From Oculina patagonica (lineage: Eukaryota), in contig NC_135761.1 of NCBI RefSeq assembly GCF_052425735.1, positions 14,880,001-14,944,000 on the forward strand: DNA of 64,000 bases, in the 5' to 3' direction. The position numbers and the translations under genes are program-made. Below, piece by piece: positions 11,053-23,551 of the stretch (the first letter of the stretch is position 1; every line of letters begins with the position of its first letter). The notes beneath the pieces were generated by a model. It saw only the letters and a program-made list of their open reading frames with translations, was not told the DNA's origin and ran no database searches.

Positions 11053-14000
11053 TAGATGGCCCTCATATCTGTAACTTGCAATTGTCTTAAATTAAATAAA
11101 ACTTGTGAGATTACATCAAATCGTGAGTTGCTATATTGAGTTCCCCAAAGTTGGTTATTATTTTTGTACGAAATCGGCTAACATATGAACGACTACTCCA
11201 ATATTTCTTATTTCTCTCAATTTTACTAACCTTTAAGAAAAATTATGCCAAAAATCACCCAAGTATTTACACAACACTTCTAAACATAGATTTATGGGAC
11301 GAGCATAGGGTTTTTGCGTTGCTTAAAAGTGAACGAGATATTTCCAAAAAACTCATGTAAAGCGGAAGAGAAAGAACTTTATGTTAAGTCCCGCCTTAAG
11401 AAGCTTTGAGACATCCTTCTTTATTTTCACAAAACCGCTTCGCGTCTATTTGCTGTTTAACTGTACCTACAGTTAGATTTTTTCAACCTAAAACTAATTA
11501 GCTTTTCGCACTTTCCTCTAATTGAAATCCAAAGAAAGAGAGTATACTCTTTTTATCTTTATCTAAAAATCTGTAGAGGGAAGCTTTTATTCCAGCTACT
11601 CCACTAAGTGGGCACTGTCCGCCCATAGGCACTCGCCTGTTAGTGGCCGCACCAGTTCCTCCCATGCGATCACTTCAGTCAGTAATGGACAAAGATGTAG
11701 TGAACTGTAAACGCCGACGAAACCAGGTAGAACAATATTGCACGCACGTTGCACTTGATTTTTTAGGATTTTTCCCACCCATTTTCTTCTTTATTCAACA
11801 TGAAAAATTCACCCGGTTATTGCTCTTAGATTAGTGCAGTATTTCTTTATAACCGGATGTATTTTTTTGTTTCCAGGTAGTTGGACCTATAACCAGGGGG
11901 GGGGGGGGGGCTTTTAACCGGAATTTCACGGTATTCTTTTAGAAGGAGGTATACTACATGGAGTATATCGCTTGGTTGTTCTACCGGTACCGGTAGCTGT
12001 GACTACCCGTAACGGATCGTCGCCACTGCCGTCGTCTTGTCGATCCGTGACGGATCGTCACGATCAGGGGCAGGTCTCTTGAAAAGATGAATTCCTTTGA
12101 CTACAGTTCACTTCGAATCCGTTTAGCTCTCTCGCAAAATGAGTCCTGGTGTGACGGGTCGACTATTCCAGACGGGTCGTGACGATCGTCAACACGTTAA
12201 CGATCCGTCGATCCGTGACGGACTGTCACCACCGTTATGGTTCGTTATCATTGTAATATTGATTTACTTAGAAATTGCGCTGTTGCGGCGACTGTTTGTT
12301 TGTTAGCCGCGCCCTATAGGGGTTAATAAGTTGTACGTCGCACGGAACTTTTACTCATTAGTATTCTAGTATTCGTGTGAAGTTGAAAAACTTTAGTATT
12401 CGTTTTTCGCTTGTGGACAGTTTTTTCGCTGGTCGTTCGAATAGAAGACATCGCATCGTTTCGTTTTGTTTTTTTCGATATTCGTATTAGTCAATCGGAG
12501 TCGTTGTAACATGCACCATACGTACTTACTTCAATCTAAGCGCAATAACTGGTGTAGCTTAATACCAATCCAATGAATGAAACACTGCTGAAAAGCTGAC
12601 TGAAAATCTTCGGTGTGGTCTCGGGGAAACCTGTTTCGAGACACCTTAAAAAAATACATAAATGACGGGTTTTCAACTGAAATTCTTTAGGGTGTTAATT
12701 AAAACAGCCATCGTTTTAGAATAAAACACTTGGAATCATTACTAATTGTTATTTGTTTAACAAATCCGTTAGAAAAACCTGTGAAAGCCAAATAATTCAA
12801 CCAATAAGATTTCGCCATATCGTCAGATAAATTTTCAACTGGCAGAGTGCGAATCGCCATAACAAAAAAAAACGCTATGTGTCCGCACCAGTAATTTAGT
12901 TGTGTAATCATATTTGAGTGGAAAAGTGTATAAAATATCTTGGTGCTTTAATTAAATTTGTGGCACCTACAACATCCATCATAGTGGTTTTTTCCGCAAC
13001 ATTCTCTAATGCTCTCCTTTCGTCAGGTGTTTCAATTTTTGCTAGTTTTTCACTCGTTAACCCGTTTGCCTTTTTTTGGTCAAAACACCAATGCAGGGTC
13101 ATGACCACGCATTCAGTTCCTCGAGAATGTTTCCCGCCAAAAGCGCGATCGGTTCGTTCCACTGGATTTGCTTTCGAACAGTAAAAATCCTCTCGTCACC
13201 GAGGACAAAATATTTTAGATATCTTGATAAAAGCAGCATGTTGCCACTTCAAAAATTGTCATCCGTTAAATATTAACTATCTAAAGGGCAGATAAGAACA
13301 GGTTGGGACAGAACTTTAACCAATAACCTTTTTTCGTAACTTGAATCGTCCGTTGTAGACATCACAACATATCGGTATTCTGTTTCATTCTCCATGAGTC
13401 AGCTTCTATGAAAACAAACAAAGGACTATCTGGTAAGAGACTTTTAAAAAAGGCGTTGAAAAGGAAATGGCTTTATGATTCCTCATTTTTACATTTTCTT
13501 CTATTCATAACAAATATCCGTCAAAGTAAATATTGCCAATTCACCCCTTTAACGCAGAGTTAGCCTATTCAAAGTCCTTAATAGCTAAAAGTAACAACGA
13601 ATTCAAATCCTCGGGCGTCGGAAAGTTATAGTAATTCACAAGATATTGTTTTATCACATAAAAATCTTCCAAATCGACAAAATATTATTTTACGTTTTCA
13701 AAACGTCGCGCATACACTATTTGGATCAGAAGATTTAAACATAATTTTTTTTTCATTTCTGTCTTACGCTGTTATTCTGTGTTATAACAACGAACAAGAG
13801 AGACTTATATAGCCACCACAAATAGATTGTGAATGTTTCAAACGTTGACATGAAAATTAGTGATTGAATAATTTTACTTGCGCCATAGACTCCTATTTGC
13901 ACTGTCTGTTTCGATGTTTGTATTGGCATTATGTTTATAGGAACGTATATTACTAGTAGGCATTCATTCTTATTACATTCTCTGCAAAATTGTTCATTTC

Positions 14001-14062
14001 ATTAACCCTTATCATTTTATGGCTTCCATTATTTTTCTCTTTTTTCTGTAGTACGCTTCAAA

Positions 14063-17000
14063 ATGGTGTGGTTTTATTACCTGCTTCTCGCCGTTGTAGC
14101 AGCCGAAGCAGGTAAAAACCAATTCAGTTTTACAGTTAACAAGAATTTCTGATTTAGGTCTGTTTTTCGCTCGCATCACTGAGTTTTCTATTGCGCCCAC
14201 AGGTAAACGGCAGCTGGTCATGAAAGGACTTTTTCCTAAAGGTATGGTTATTAACCTAGCGCCAATGTTGCCATGGATTTAAGACCCGCGACGCCCATAA
14301 AGCCAAGTGCTATTTTTTTATTGTTTATTATGTTTCATTTTTTACCTGTGTTGCTCGAATGTCCGTTTTTTCCTCCATAAAAACTTCAAGTTAATTTGAC
14401 CTATCCAGTACGGATCTTGCTTACCAAGACTTTAAACTTTTGGCCTGAGTTCGTTTTTAAACGCAGACAAAAGCCATATTTTAAAGAATTTTTGGCTAGG
14501 TACAAAGTGAAAGTAACGCTTGTTGATTTTTGTTCATTCCAATTTTTCCAATGACAAATAATTAAAAAAGAGAGACAGCGCCCAAAAATGAAGCCGGCGT
14601 GGACGAGAAACATTTGTTTTGTTTTTTTACTTGGCCTAATTACTTATATTAAAAAAATAAATTAAAAAGTACTACATTTTAGAGAGAAACTGCCACATCA
14701 GCTCTGGCTGGTTTCCATGCAGGTCCTTTATCCAGGTTGAATTGGAATTTAGAAATGTTGGTTTTTCATGAAGGAGGAAAACCGGAGAACCCGGAGAAAA
14801 ACCCTCGAAGCAAGGACGAGAACCAACAACAAACTCAACCCACATATGACGCCGGATCCGGGAATCGAACGTGGACCACCTTGGTGGGAAGAGAGCGCTC
14901 TCACCACTCCGCCACCCCTGCTCCCCCAAATGGATAAATACACAGTTTAATGGCCTCCACATTCTCATACTTTCATAATTTTCCGAGTTCAGAGTTTACC
15001 TAGACAGTGTTTAGACTGATTCACTGCAAGAAAAAATGCAAAACTCATACACAAAATTAAGAGCATTCTTGCAAAACCATATATAAATCCCCGTCATGTT
15101 TTTATGTAAAACAAAATTTTAATCCCATATAGGTCATTTACAAGTGATCGCAAACAACAAAAGATTTTGTTATCTTTGTTAGCTAGGACTCCGACCCACA
15201 GTAACGAAAAGATAGACATTTAATGGGATTTCACCGCAGTTTTTGTTCTGTATTACAGAAATTTGATTGTCCCTTCGCAGTAGAGCTTATGATATCTAAG
15301 TGGCTACGAAGCCACTGAACTCGAAAAATTAATTATGAAAGAGTGAATGTCGAGGCCAGTGAACTGAGTTCGTTTTTATCCATTTGCCATTGGGTCTAGT
15401 AGTACTGCTGGGTTAATAGGTGTTTTTCCTTTATTTCATTCACGCACGATATAGTACCAAAAAAATAAAATACACATGAAATTGGGAATTGAAGCTGCGC
15501 GAAGACGCATCACCTGCCTCTTTCTCTGTTTGTTACCGCCGCAGAGCTTGACGCCGCGGGCCGGTGCGTCGGCTGCGGTGTGTCCGTTGCAGCTGAAAAG
15601 CTCTGCAACGGGAAAACTAGGCGTACTCTTGGTAATGCTTCGAAAACGTTCTCTTTGAGTGTGCATTATAAGTTTCGTCAATGTAAATGGCAGGGGATCG
15701 ACGGCAGGAGATGTAACAAATAAGTCCAGAAGATATTTATTAAACAAGTAAACGACTCCCTGATGGTTATACAATCCTTTTGCGCCAGAAGGTTGGTGTC
15801 ACCTGGAATGTGGTGTCAAGCGAGACAGTGGGAGTGTTTACAGTAATCAGTAGGAGCCTTGATTTAAACGTTATCCTGCTTTGTAGAACTACCAGAGCAG
15901 GCCGTAAGTTTGTTCTTATTTACTTATTTGCTTAAAAATTTATCTCTAATGTATTCATCTGTTGTTACAGGCCAGAATCATGACCTCAAGCAGGATAATC
16001 AGATACGTATTTCGGGTACTGGAATGATTAGAAAAAACGGCCAGACCTCGTTAAATATACAAGTTGAAATAGGGCCAGCAGCAGGAGCAGGAGGGCCTGG
16101 AGCCGGAAAAGGACGTCCGGGTCCCGGAGCGGGAGGTCCAGCACCCGGAGCAGGAGGTCCAACACCCGCACCAGGAGGTCCAACACCCGGAGCGGGAGGT
16201 CCAACACCCGCACCAGGAGGTCCAACACCTTCACCAGGAGGTCCAACACCCGCACCAGGAGGTCCAACACCCACAGCGGGAGGTCCAACACCAACAGCGG
16301 GAGGTCCAACACCAACAGCGGGAGGTCCAACACCTACAGCAGGAGGTCCAACACCCGGAGCGGGAGGTCCAACACCCGGAGCTGGAGGTCCAACACCCAC
16401 AGCAGGAGGTCCAACACCCACAGCAGGAGTTCCAACACCCGGAGCGGGAGGAGGTTTGTCATACTGCTCAGTAGTTCTAGCAACTAATGCATTTTTAAAG
16501 CCAGTCTTTTTCTCGAAGCGGTTATAAATGCATTTATCACCATTTTTTACCATAACTTTATGTGTTACAGCGACCGTGGTTTTTCCAAATTAAATAGATT
16601 CTACCTTTCATCGAAAACTATGCTATCACACAAGCAAAGACCCTGCACATCAATGATAATAGAATCCTGAGAATCTACGATAAATTCATCAAAATACAGC
16701 AAAACGACGCCTAACGACCACTCCGTTAAACTAATACGGCCACGGATTGTTTCAAAGTTTTAGACTGTACCTTTACTAGGGACCACTAAGTTTCAAGTAA
16801 GGTAAAAGAACCTGTGTACATAAAGTAGGAAAAGCTCGACCTGAATCAACAGGTTATAAACAATTATTGGATGAGGTTTTTTGTGATATCCGGAATAATC
16901 AAGGTCAAGGTAAGTGTTATCAGCCGAAGCCGAAGGCTGAGGCTGACAACACTTTCCGAGACCTTGATTATTCCGAATATCACATAAACCAAATCTAATA

Positions 17001-19360
17001 ATTGTTTTATTATATATTGTTTTTCTGGATAAGGAAGTAATGACAAACAATTTTAACCTGTTTTTAAACTTGTGCTAATTCCGTCTGGTTGTCCTACTAA
17101 ATCACCGAATAGTTCCTTCCCAATTTTTGTCAGTCATTTTGTGTTTTCCGAGACTTTAATTTATTGCCCAACAATTTTTTAACTTTGGTCAAACCATTTC
17201 TCGTTTGAAGACGTGAATCGACGAACTATGAATTTCCTTCGCCGCCAAATGCCTGACACATTGCTCTTGGAAATCATGCATTTCGCGCACAACCTACAGA
17301 TTAGTGAATAATCTGCTAGCAGATAATTCACTAATCTGTAGGTTGCGCGGAGTCGCGCAGATTCCCAGAATTACCTGTAGGCTCTTAGCCAATGAGAAGA
17401 CAGTTAGTGATTACAATGTATAATAAAACACATTATTTGTACGCTCCTTGGCCTTTGGTCGTTGCTTGGGCCACTGTCATTTTCATTTCTTCTCTCAAAA
17501 GTTGGCTGTTTCAAAGTATAGAATAGTTGTTTCTTACACTCTTGCAGTTTGCCTGCCTGTCAAAAACAAACCAGACAAGTGATACAGTGGAACCCCGATA
17601 TAACGATATGCCAAGGGGGCAGTAAAATTATATCGTTATATCGAGGAATCGTTATATCGGGGTTCCGTCCCATACATTACACTATTGCCGGGACATAACA
17701 TATTCATCGTTATATCGGGAGTATCGTTATATCGAAGATCGTTATATCGGGGTTCCACTGTATCATTATCCCCCGATCCGTTTTTTTAGAGAAAGGTGTG
17801 AAGAACACATAGCGATGTTGATCGCTTTTCCCCGTTCAAATTTGTCCGGACACGAACCCGATTTATGAGCCTCGGTATTTTTGGAAATTACACGCTCTAT
17901 GTGAACAACATTAAAATTTTGACTTAAAATAAATATATCTTCGTCATCTGCAATTCCTAAGCTTACAGAAAATATATACTTTCTCTGGGTTTGCGTTAAT
18001 TACTAGACGGTAAGGCAGCTCCAACGCGTGATGGTCATTTGGGGTATAAACCCTCTGACAAAAAATGAGTACAACGGTGGCTGCTGAGGAATCGACAGTT
18101 GGTATCACGGTAATCGCATAGGTTCGAGTCTGAGGATTTAGCATACAGCTTCAAGGTTAACTTTAACAGTTATCAGCTTCCACAAATATTTCCCCATAAA
18201 TCCTTCTTATTTTCAGAGTTCACCAAGGAAGAACAAATTGGTTTAGCGACCCATAATGAATTTCGACAAGTACATGGAGTTCCTATGATGACTCTTGACA
18301 GACAAATGTGTGATCAGGCTAAAGCATACGCCCAAAAAATTGCCAAGATGGGGGGGCTTAAACACTCTTCAAGACAAGAAAGAGAGGGACAAGGCGAAAA
18401 CCTTTCCATGGGATGTTCCACTAACCAGGCACAAGCCATGGAGGAAGCTGTGACAAACTGGTGAGATTAATTGTTAATCTTTGTTTTGGTTAAAGGAAAC
18501 CCTCATTTAAACAGTGCCGTAAAAATGTTGGAAATGCGGGAAACAAATTCGGCGAAGAAAAGATGGAGCGACAAAAAGGTGCCCCTGGAGAAAGAGTCTT
18601 ACCAGGCCAGTTCCGAACAGCTCTCTGAATTCTGCCTCCTGGTTGAGCAGAATTAAAAAATCCTATGTATCCCCTTTGTATTATCGATCTGCCCAATCGA
18701 TCAGCAGTCCTTTTGTGTGTTCTAATACGAATTATAGCATAAAGCCAGTTGTCGTTGTCATCGTTGTCGATGTCGTTGTCGTTGTGTTGTTCTTGCTGTT
18801 GTTGTTATTGTTGTTGTTTTTGGCCTCACTAACACTCCGTCCCTCGAACCAACATGAAAAGTGAGGTGATATACCTCCCCACTGGCTTATTTCCCGACCG
18901 GACAGCAAATTTAAAAACTGCCGTTTCTCTCAGGTATAACGAAGTGTGTGATCCCGGATACAATTTCGCAACTGGCGGCTTTAGTGGCGGAACAGGCCAC
19001 TTTACCCAAGTGGTGTGGAAGGGAAGCACGGTCCTTGGAGTTGGACGAGCTGAAGTAGAACAAAACGGCATGAAGTGTGCTTACATCGTTGGCAGATATA
19101 AACCTGCAGGGAACATGATGGGGGATTTTCCAAAAAATGTGCCGAAGGGCAAATTTGACGCCAGCAGTTACTGCTCCACAGTTAAAAACAAGAGGAGAAA
19201 GTTCTATGACAAACAAGGGCAAGCAGTGATCATTGGCTCTCCTATGTCAGCAGTGGATGTCCCGAGTGCCAAAACTGGGCCTTCTGAATTTCGGCGTCAG
19301 CAGAATGAGCTTTTCAACAGCAAGAAGAAGAAAACTTCCATCACCAACAAACTTAATTAA
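14063..19360 (+). CDS. Secreted CAP gene copy 3 with Pro/Thr/Gly heptad linker; exons 14063-14111, 15971-16453, 18217-18460, 18934-19360
   Basis: Signal exon MVWFYYLLLAVVAAEA-G|gtaaaa; 483-nt phase 1-1 linker exon; 244-nt exon A; exon B ending in a basic tail KNKRRK...KKKKTSITNKLN*; AATAAA at ~19423. Confidence 0.9.
14682..14927 (-). mobile_element. tRNA-derived SINE with V-SINE-like core
   Basis: Minus strand reads GGTGGCGGAGTGGTGAGAGC (A box), GTTCGATTCCC (B box), then GTGGGTTGAGTTTGTTG..GGTTTTTCTCCGGGTTCTCCGGTTTTCCTCC. Confidence 0.8.
16126..16440 (+). repeat. Coding 21-bp minisatellite, 15 heptads xxGGPTP
   Basis: GGAGGTCCAACACCC recurs every 21 nt and translates as (GA/AP/SP/TA)GGPTP. 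Confidence 0.95.
16856..17425. mobile_element. Crypton-like non-autonomous element with a long terminal palindrome
   Basis: ~150-bp hairpin AACAATTATTGGATG..GTGATATCCGGAATAATCAAGGTC..TCAGCC / GGCTGA..GACCTTGATTATTCCGAATATCAC..AATAATTGTT. Family assignment rests on recalled similarity to anthozoan repeats. Confidence 0.55.
17585..17760. mobile_element. Tc1/mariner (pogo-type) MITE
   Basis: TA|CAGTGGAACCCCGATATAACGAT ... ATCGTTATATCGGGGTTCCACTG|TA, perfect 23-bp TIRs. Confidence 0.9.
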
Positions 19361-19613
19361 AGGTCTCTCTGTGGAAAAAAGATTACCTAATGGTCTACGT
19401 ATCTGTAACTTGCCTGAATTAGAATAAACACGACCAGACGATCAGTTGTGTAGTTTTGTGATTACTTGACGGGCGGGCTTTTTCGGGAATGTGTTTTAGA
19501 TTTGAAATTACTCGACCGCCTCGTGATTTTAAACCTTGTGAAACACTGCTTTTAATCTATTAGTAAAAATCGACATTAACCACCGATCAGTTAAACTACC
19601 TCGTTAAAATTAC

Positions 19614-20290
19614 TTATTATTCATTCAAAATATTTCTCCATTTCTGATTGGCTTTCAATCCCCGGTTAATTCCTGCTAACCGGCTGGCCTGACCAAATTT
19701 GGAAGAAGGTTATTATACGACGATTGAAGGCCTTTTAATGACGTCAATTGTCCAATATCAAATATTAACCGATCGCAACCTTACACGGCAACTGTTCTGA
19801 TGCACAACGACCGGGAAAATGGCGAGATTTGTGCAGTTCGACGAGCAGAAAATCACCAAATTATTAGAAGACAAGGAGAGAGAAAACAACGAAGATTTTT
19901 AAAGCGTATTTTTAAGAAAATACAATTTCTGAACCAGCCACAGTGGAGGACTTGGCGCAGTTTTACGAAGCTTCTACGTCGAAGTTAGCAAGAACGATGG
20001 AAACCTGCACTCGAAAAAGTCGCTTTGTGTCATCAGAATTGGCTTCACTAGACATTTCAAGCAACTGCTAAATATCGACATTTTAAATGACAGGGAATTT
20101 GTTTCTAGGTAACCGAGTTGTGAAGTTCAATCAAATTTTAAAGAGAACGTTGTTGTGTATTTGTGTACTTAGCGTTCCGTGAATTCATTTTCTGCATTTG
20201 GAGCTCTGGAAATATTTTAAATGAATAATGAAACTATAATTATTGAATTCGGCTTTCGTATGATATGAAGAATAATGCAGATCGAGGATA
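19614..20290 (+). mobile_element. Decayed Crypton (tyrosine-recombinase transposon) remnant
   Basis: 19963-20112 translates LRSFYVEVSKNDGNLHSKKSLCVIRIGFTRHFKQLLNIDILNDREF, matching the FY.EVRK.DG..YS.KSL..IR.GL.RH N-terminal motif of Crypton/KCTD1-type proteins. It is frameshifted and truncated. Confidence 0.7.
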
Positions 20291-22185
20291 TATGTAACAA
20301 CATATGTAAAAATTTTCATTTTTAAAGTGCAGTAAATTCGCAGCCCCAATCTAATGGTGAGGCAATTTGCATTACAACTGAAAAAGCGGTAATGTTTCGT
20401 AAATTTTTCAAAATCCTTATCGAGATTAAAATTGTTATATTTAGAAAATTTGCAACTTTTTGCAAAGTCGCTACGAATGATTGTTAGATTTAACTAGCAT
20501 TAGCGATCGTTTTAAAACTTTCCCTTTTCACACTTTTGAACCCAGGACGTTTTGTCTAAAAAACTAAGAACCAGTGCGAGATATTATCTCTTTATGTATA
20601 ATATAGGCCTAAAAGACGTTTTAAATGATAAATTGTATAGAAGCCGAAATTTTAATGATAAGTGGCTTTTTATAACACTTCGTCAATTTATTGAAAACTT
20701 TTAATAGAATAAAATGTGCTTGAGGCCATTAATTAACTATAGAGTGGTAAGCAAAAAAAAAACCCTATAGCTATGCAGTTTAGGTATAGAAAACACCCAG
20801 TTGTTGAAAAGAAAGAGCTTCATTAATATCGACTTGTTAACCGATGATTGTCAACTGTTAGCGCGTTTTGTATTTTCGTGGTCGCAAACGTGAGTTGAAT
20901 GTATTGAGAATAATTTTTTATCAAAGACATCTTGTTCTGAAAATCTAAGTGAAGTCCGATAACTCCTGAAACATCTTTTATGATCCACGATACTAAAAGC
21001 GTCCACCTAATCTAAGTTTACTTTTGATAACGAAGCCAATTTATAGCAATATAAGTAAAACTAGGCACTTTCTATTGTTTACAGTTCTAAGAACTGAAGT
21101 AATAAGTTTTCTTAGTCTCCTTAGATGGCTTAATTTTATTTATTATTTTGGGTGGTGAATTTAACATTTAAGACTGGTATGCGTTAATATAAATCGATTA
21201 AAATAACTTTAATAACAAGCTAAGCTCACATGTACGGCTAAAAAGCTGGCCAGTAATCGAAAAACTATCACAGCTTATGCTAATGAGGTAACAACCCATT
21301 AGTTGTTAACAAGATTAGAGTATCTTTAAATCTAGCGTGTTATTAATGCTGCCAAAAAAAGTATAAAACCGGTAATGTCAAACTAAGATTTTAAAAGAAA
21401 ATAAAGAGGACAGCAGAACAGTGTCAACATGGGCTTTTACTGACCAAGAGTTGAAGGTTAGAATCTAGCTAGCAGGCCGATTGTGAAGTAAGAAAAAAGA
21501 TAAATAACTTCAACTTAGTTGAGTTGTGTACGCTTGACATACTGTACGTACGTTTGTGCGGTTTTATGTTTTTTTTTTTTTCTGTAGGTCTGTATCATAA
21601 ACATGTGGATCATTTATTTGTTACTTGCCACTGGTGCAGCTCAAGAAGGTAAAACTCTTCTTTTAATTTTAAGTATTTTAACGTTTTTAATATTTTAAAA
21701 GAGAGATTTATTAACATATTGAAGCTAAAATATTCTGCGACGGGAAAACCAGGCGCACTCTTGGTAATGCTTCAAAGATGTTCGCTAAAACGTTCTCTTA
21801 GAGTGCGCCCAGTTTCGTCAATGTAAATGACAGGGGATTGACAGCAGGAGATAACACAAGTAAGTCCATAGGATAAACACGTCAACGACTCCCTGATGGT
21901 TAAGTTATAGAATCTCTTTGGCGCCAGAAGGTTGGTGCCAGCTGGAATGTGGTCACAAGCACGACAGAGGGAGTATTTACAGGGTTGGTTTGAGAAACTA
22001 ACAATACGGGCCGTGAGTTCGTTCTAAGTTTTACTTGTTTGCTAAAAATGTATTTTTTGTTTATTCATCTGTTGTTTCAGTCCAGATTCAAAATGATCTC
22101 AAGCAGGATAATCAGATTCGTTTTTCGAGTACTGGAATTATTAGAAAAAATTGCCAGACCTCGATAAACATACAAGTAAATATAG

Positions 22186-22465
22186 GGGCGGGAGGTACAG
22201 GAATTGGAGCAGGAGGTCCGGAACCCGGAGCGGGGGATTCAAGACCCGGAGCAGGAGGTCCAGACCCCGGAGCGGGAGGTCCGAAACCAGGAGCAGGAGG
22301 TTCAGGACCCGGAGCAGGTGGTCCGGAAATCGGCACGGGAGGTCCAGCGCCCGGAGCGGGAGGGCAAGGACCTGGAGTTGGAGGGCAAGGACCTGGAGCT
22401 GGTGGTCAAGGACCTGGGGCCGGAGGTCAAGGATCTGGATCCGGAGGACCGGGAGCAGGAGAGGG
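22186..22465 (+). repeat. Coding 21-bp minisatellite, ~12 heptads GAGGxxP
   Basis: Translation GAGGPEP GAGDSRP GAGGPDP GAGGPKP GAGGSGP ... GAGGQGP GVGGQGP GAGGQGP. Confidence 0.9.
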
Positions 22466-23397
22466 AGTTATATCATACTCCAATGTTCGTTCAGTAATTC
22501 TAGAAACTAATGGATTTCAAAACCCAGTCTTTTTCTCAAAGTGGTTATAAATACATTGGCTACAGTGCGCACTAGTTTTTGCTATAACTTTATGTGTTAC
22601 AGCGACCGTGATATTTCCGAAGTAAATAGATTCTACCTTTTAGAAACAAAACAAAGCAATGACAATTACTGCGTGCTGTAAACTCAATAAAAACAAAAGA
22701 CAGTTTTTTAGAACACAGCGAACCAGTGATCTAATGTGCTTGCGAAGCGACCCGCTAATAGCGGGTTTTTCTAAAACAGCCGTGCTCTTTCTCAGAAATT
22801 ATCTGCGATGAACCTAGACATTTAACTTATAAATGTCGAATTTTAATTGTTAAATTATTCCAAGGTACTTACTTCATCGGTTCATGCCTCCTTCAAACCT
22901 TTACAAAGATTCCAACCCTTTTTGGTAGGAAATAGGGAGCACTTTTAGCGCTGACGGTGGGAGACCCTAGGGGTGTCTTGGGCATGCCGGGAAATTTTGC
23001 AAATTTAGGCTTTAGTTGACGTTGTTGAATGTTCAGTACTTTTCACTATGGTTGCGTGTTGTTTCCTTCAGTTCAGGCCGAAGAGATAAAAAGATTTCAT
23101 CAGTTTGTCTTGTGCTGATGAGACGAAAACTTGAAATAGATGTTTGAAAAAAAAAGAATGTTCGTAAAAAGTTGCCATGCATTACATCGTTAAAAGTTAA
23201 AAGCTTGTGGGAACCGTTTAAAAACGATGGTTCAGCGTCAACCGCGAGGTTCAAATGAAGTTTTGTGATCAATTTTAGCTTGACTCCGATTCGCTGGTTC
23301 ATGACACTTGATTTGGTATGGCTTCCTGAGCGCACTTTAAGCCATAAACATAAAGAAATTGGGTTTTCTTTCTTTTCTAAAAAGGCTACGAGATTCA

Positions 23398-23551
23398 AGG
23401 AAAATCCATTACCTGACTCGTGAATTCCACCTGAAATTTCACCTGAAAAACCGATATCGCACTTATCACTTAGCGATTCGTAAGATATCGATCGGTTTTT
23501 CGCGTTAAATTTCGCGTGGAATTCCCTCGCCGTAAGGTAATGGATTTTTCT
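23398..23551. mobile_element. Palindromic MITE
   Basis: GAAAATCCATTACC..GAATTCCAC..AAATTT..AAAAACCGATATC mirrored at 23485-23551. Confidence 0.65.

Noticed and set aside
16126-16440. Collagen or minicollagen domain
   Set aside because: The period is 7 residues, not Gly-X-Y.
15999-16553. Antisense and alternate-frame ORFs over the repeats (also 22112-22510)
   Set aside because: Shadow frames of stop-free minisatellites. Only the + frame has splice sites linking it to the signal and CAP exons.
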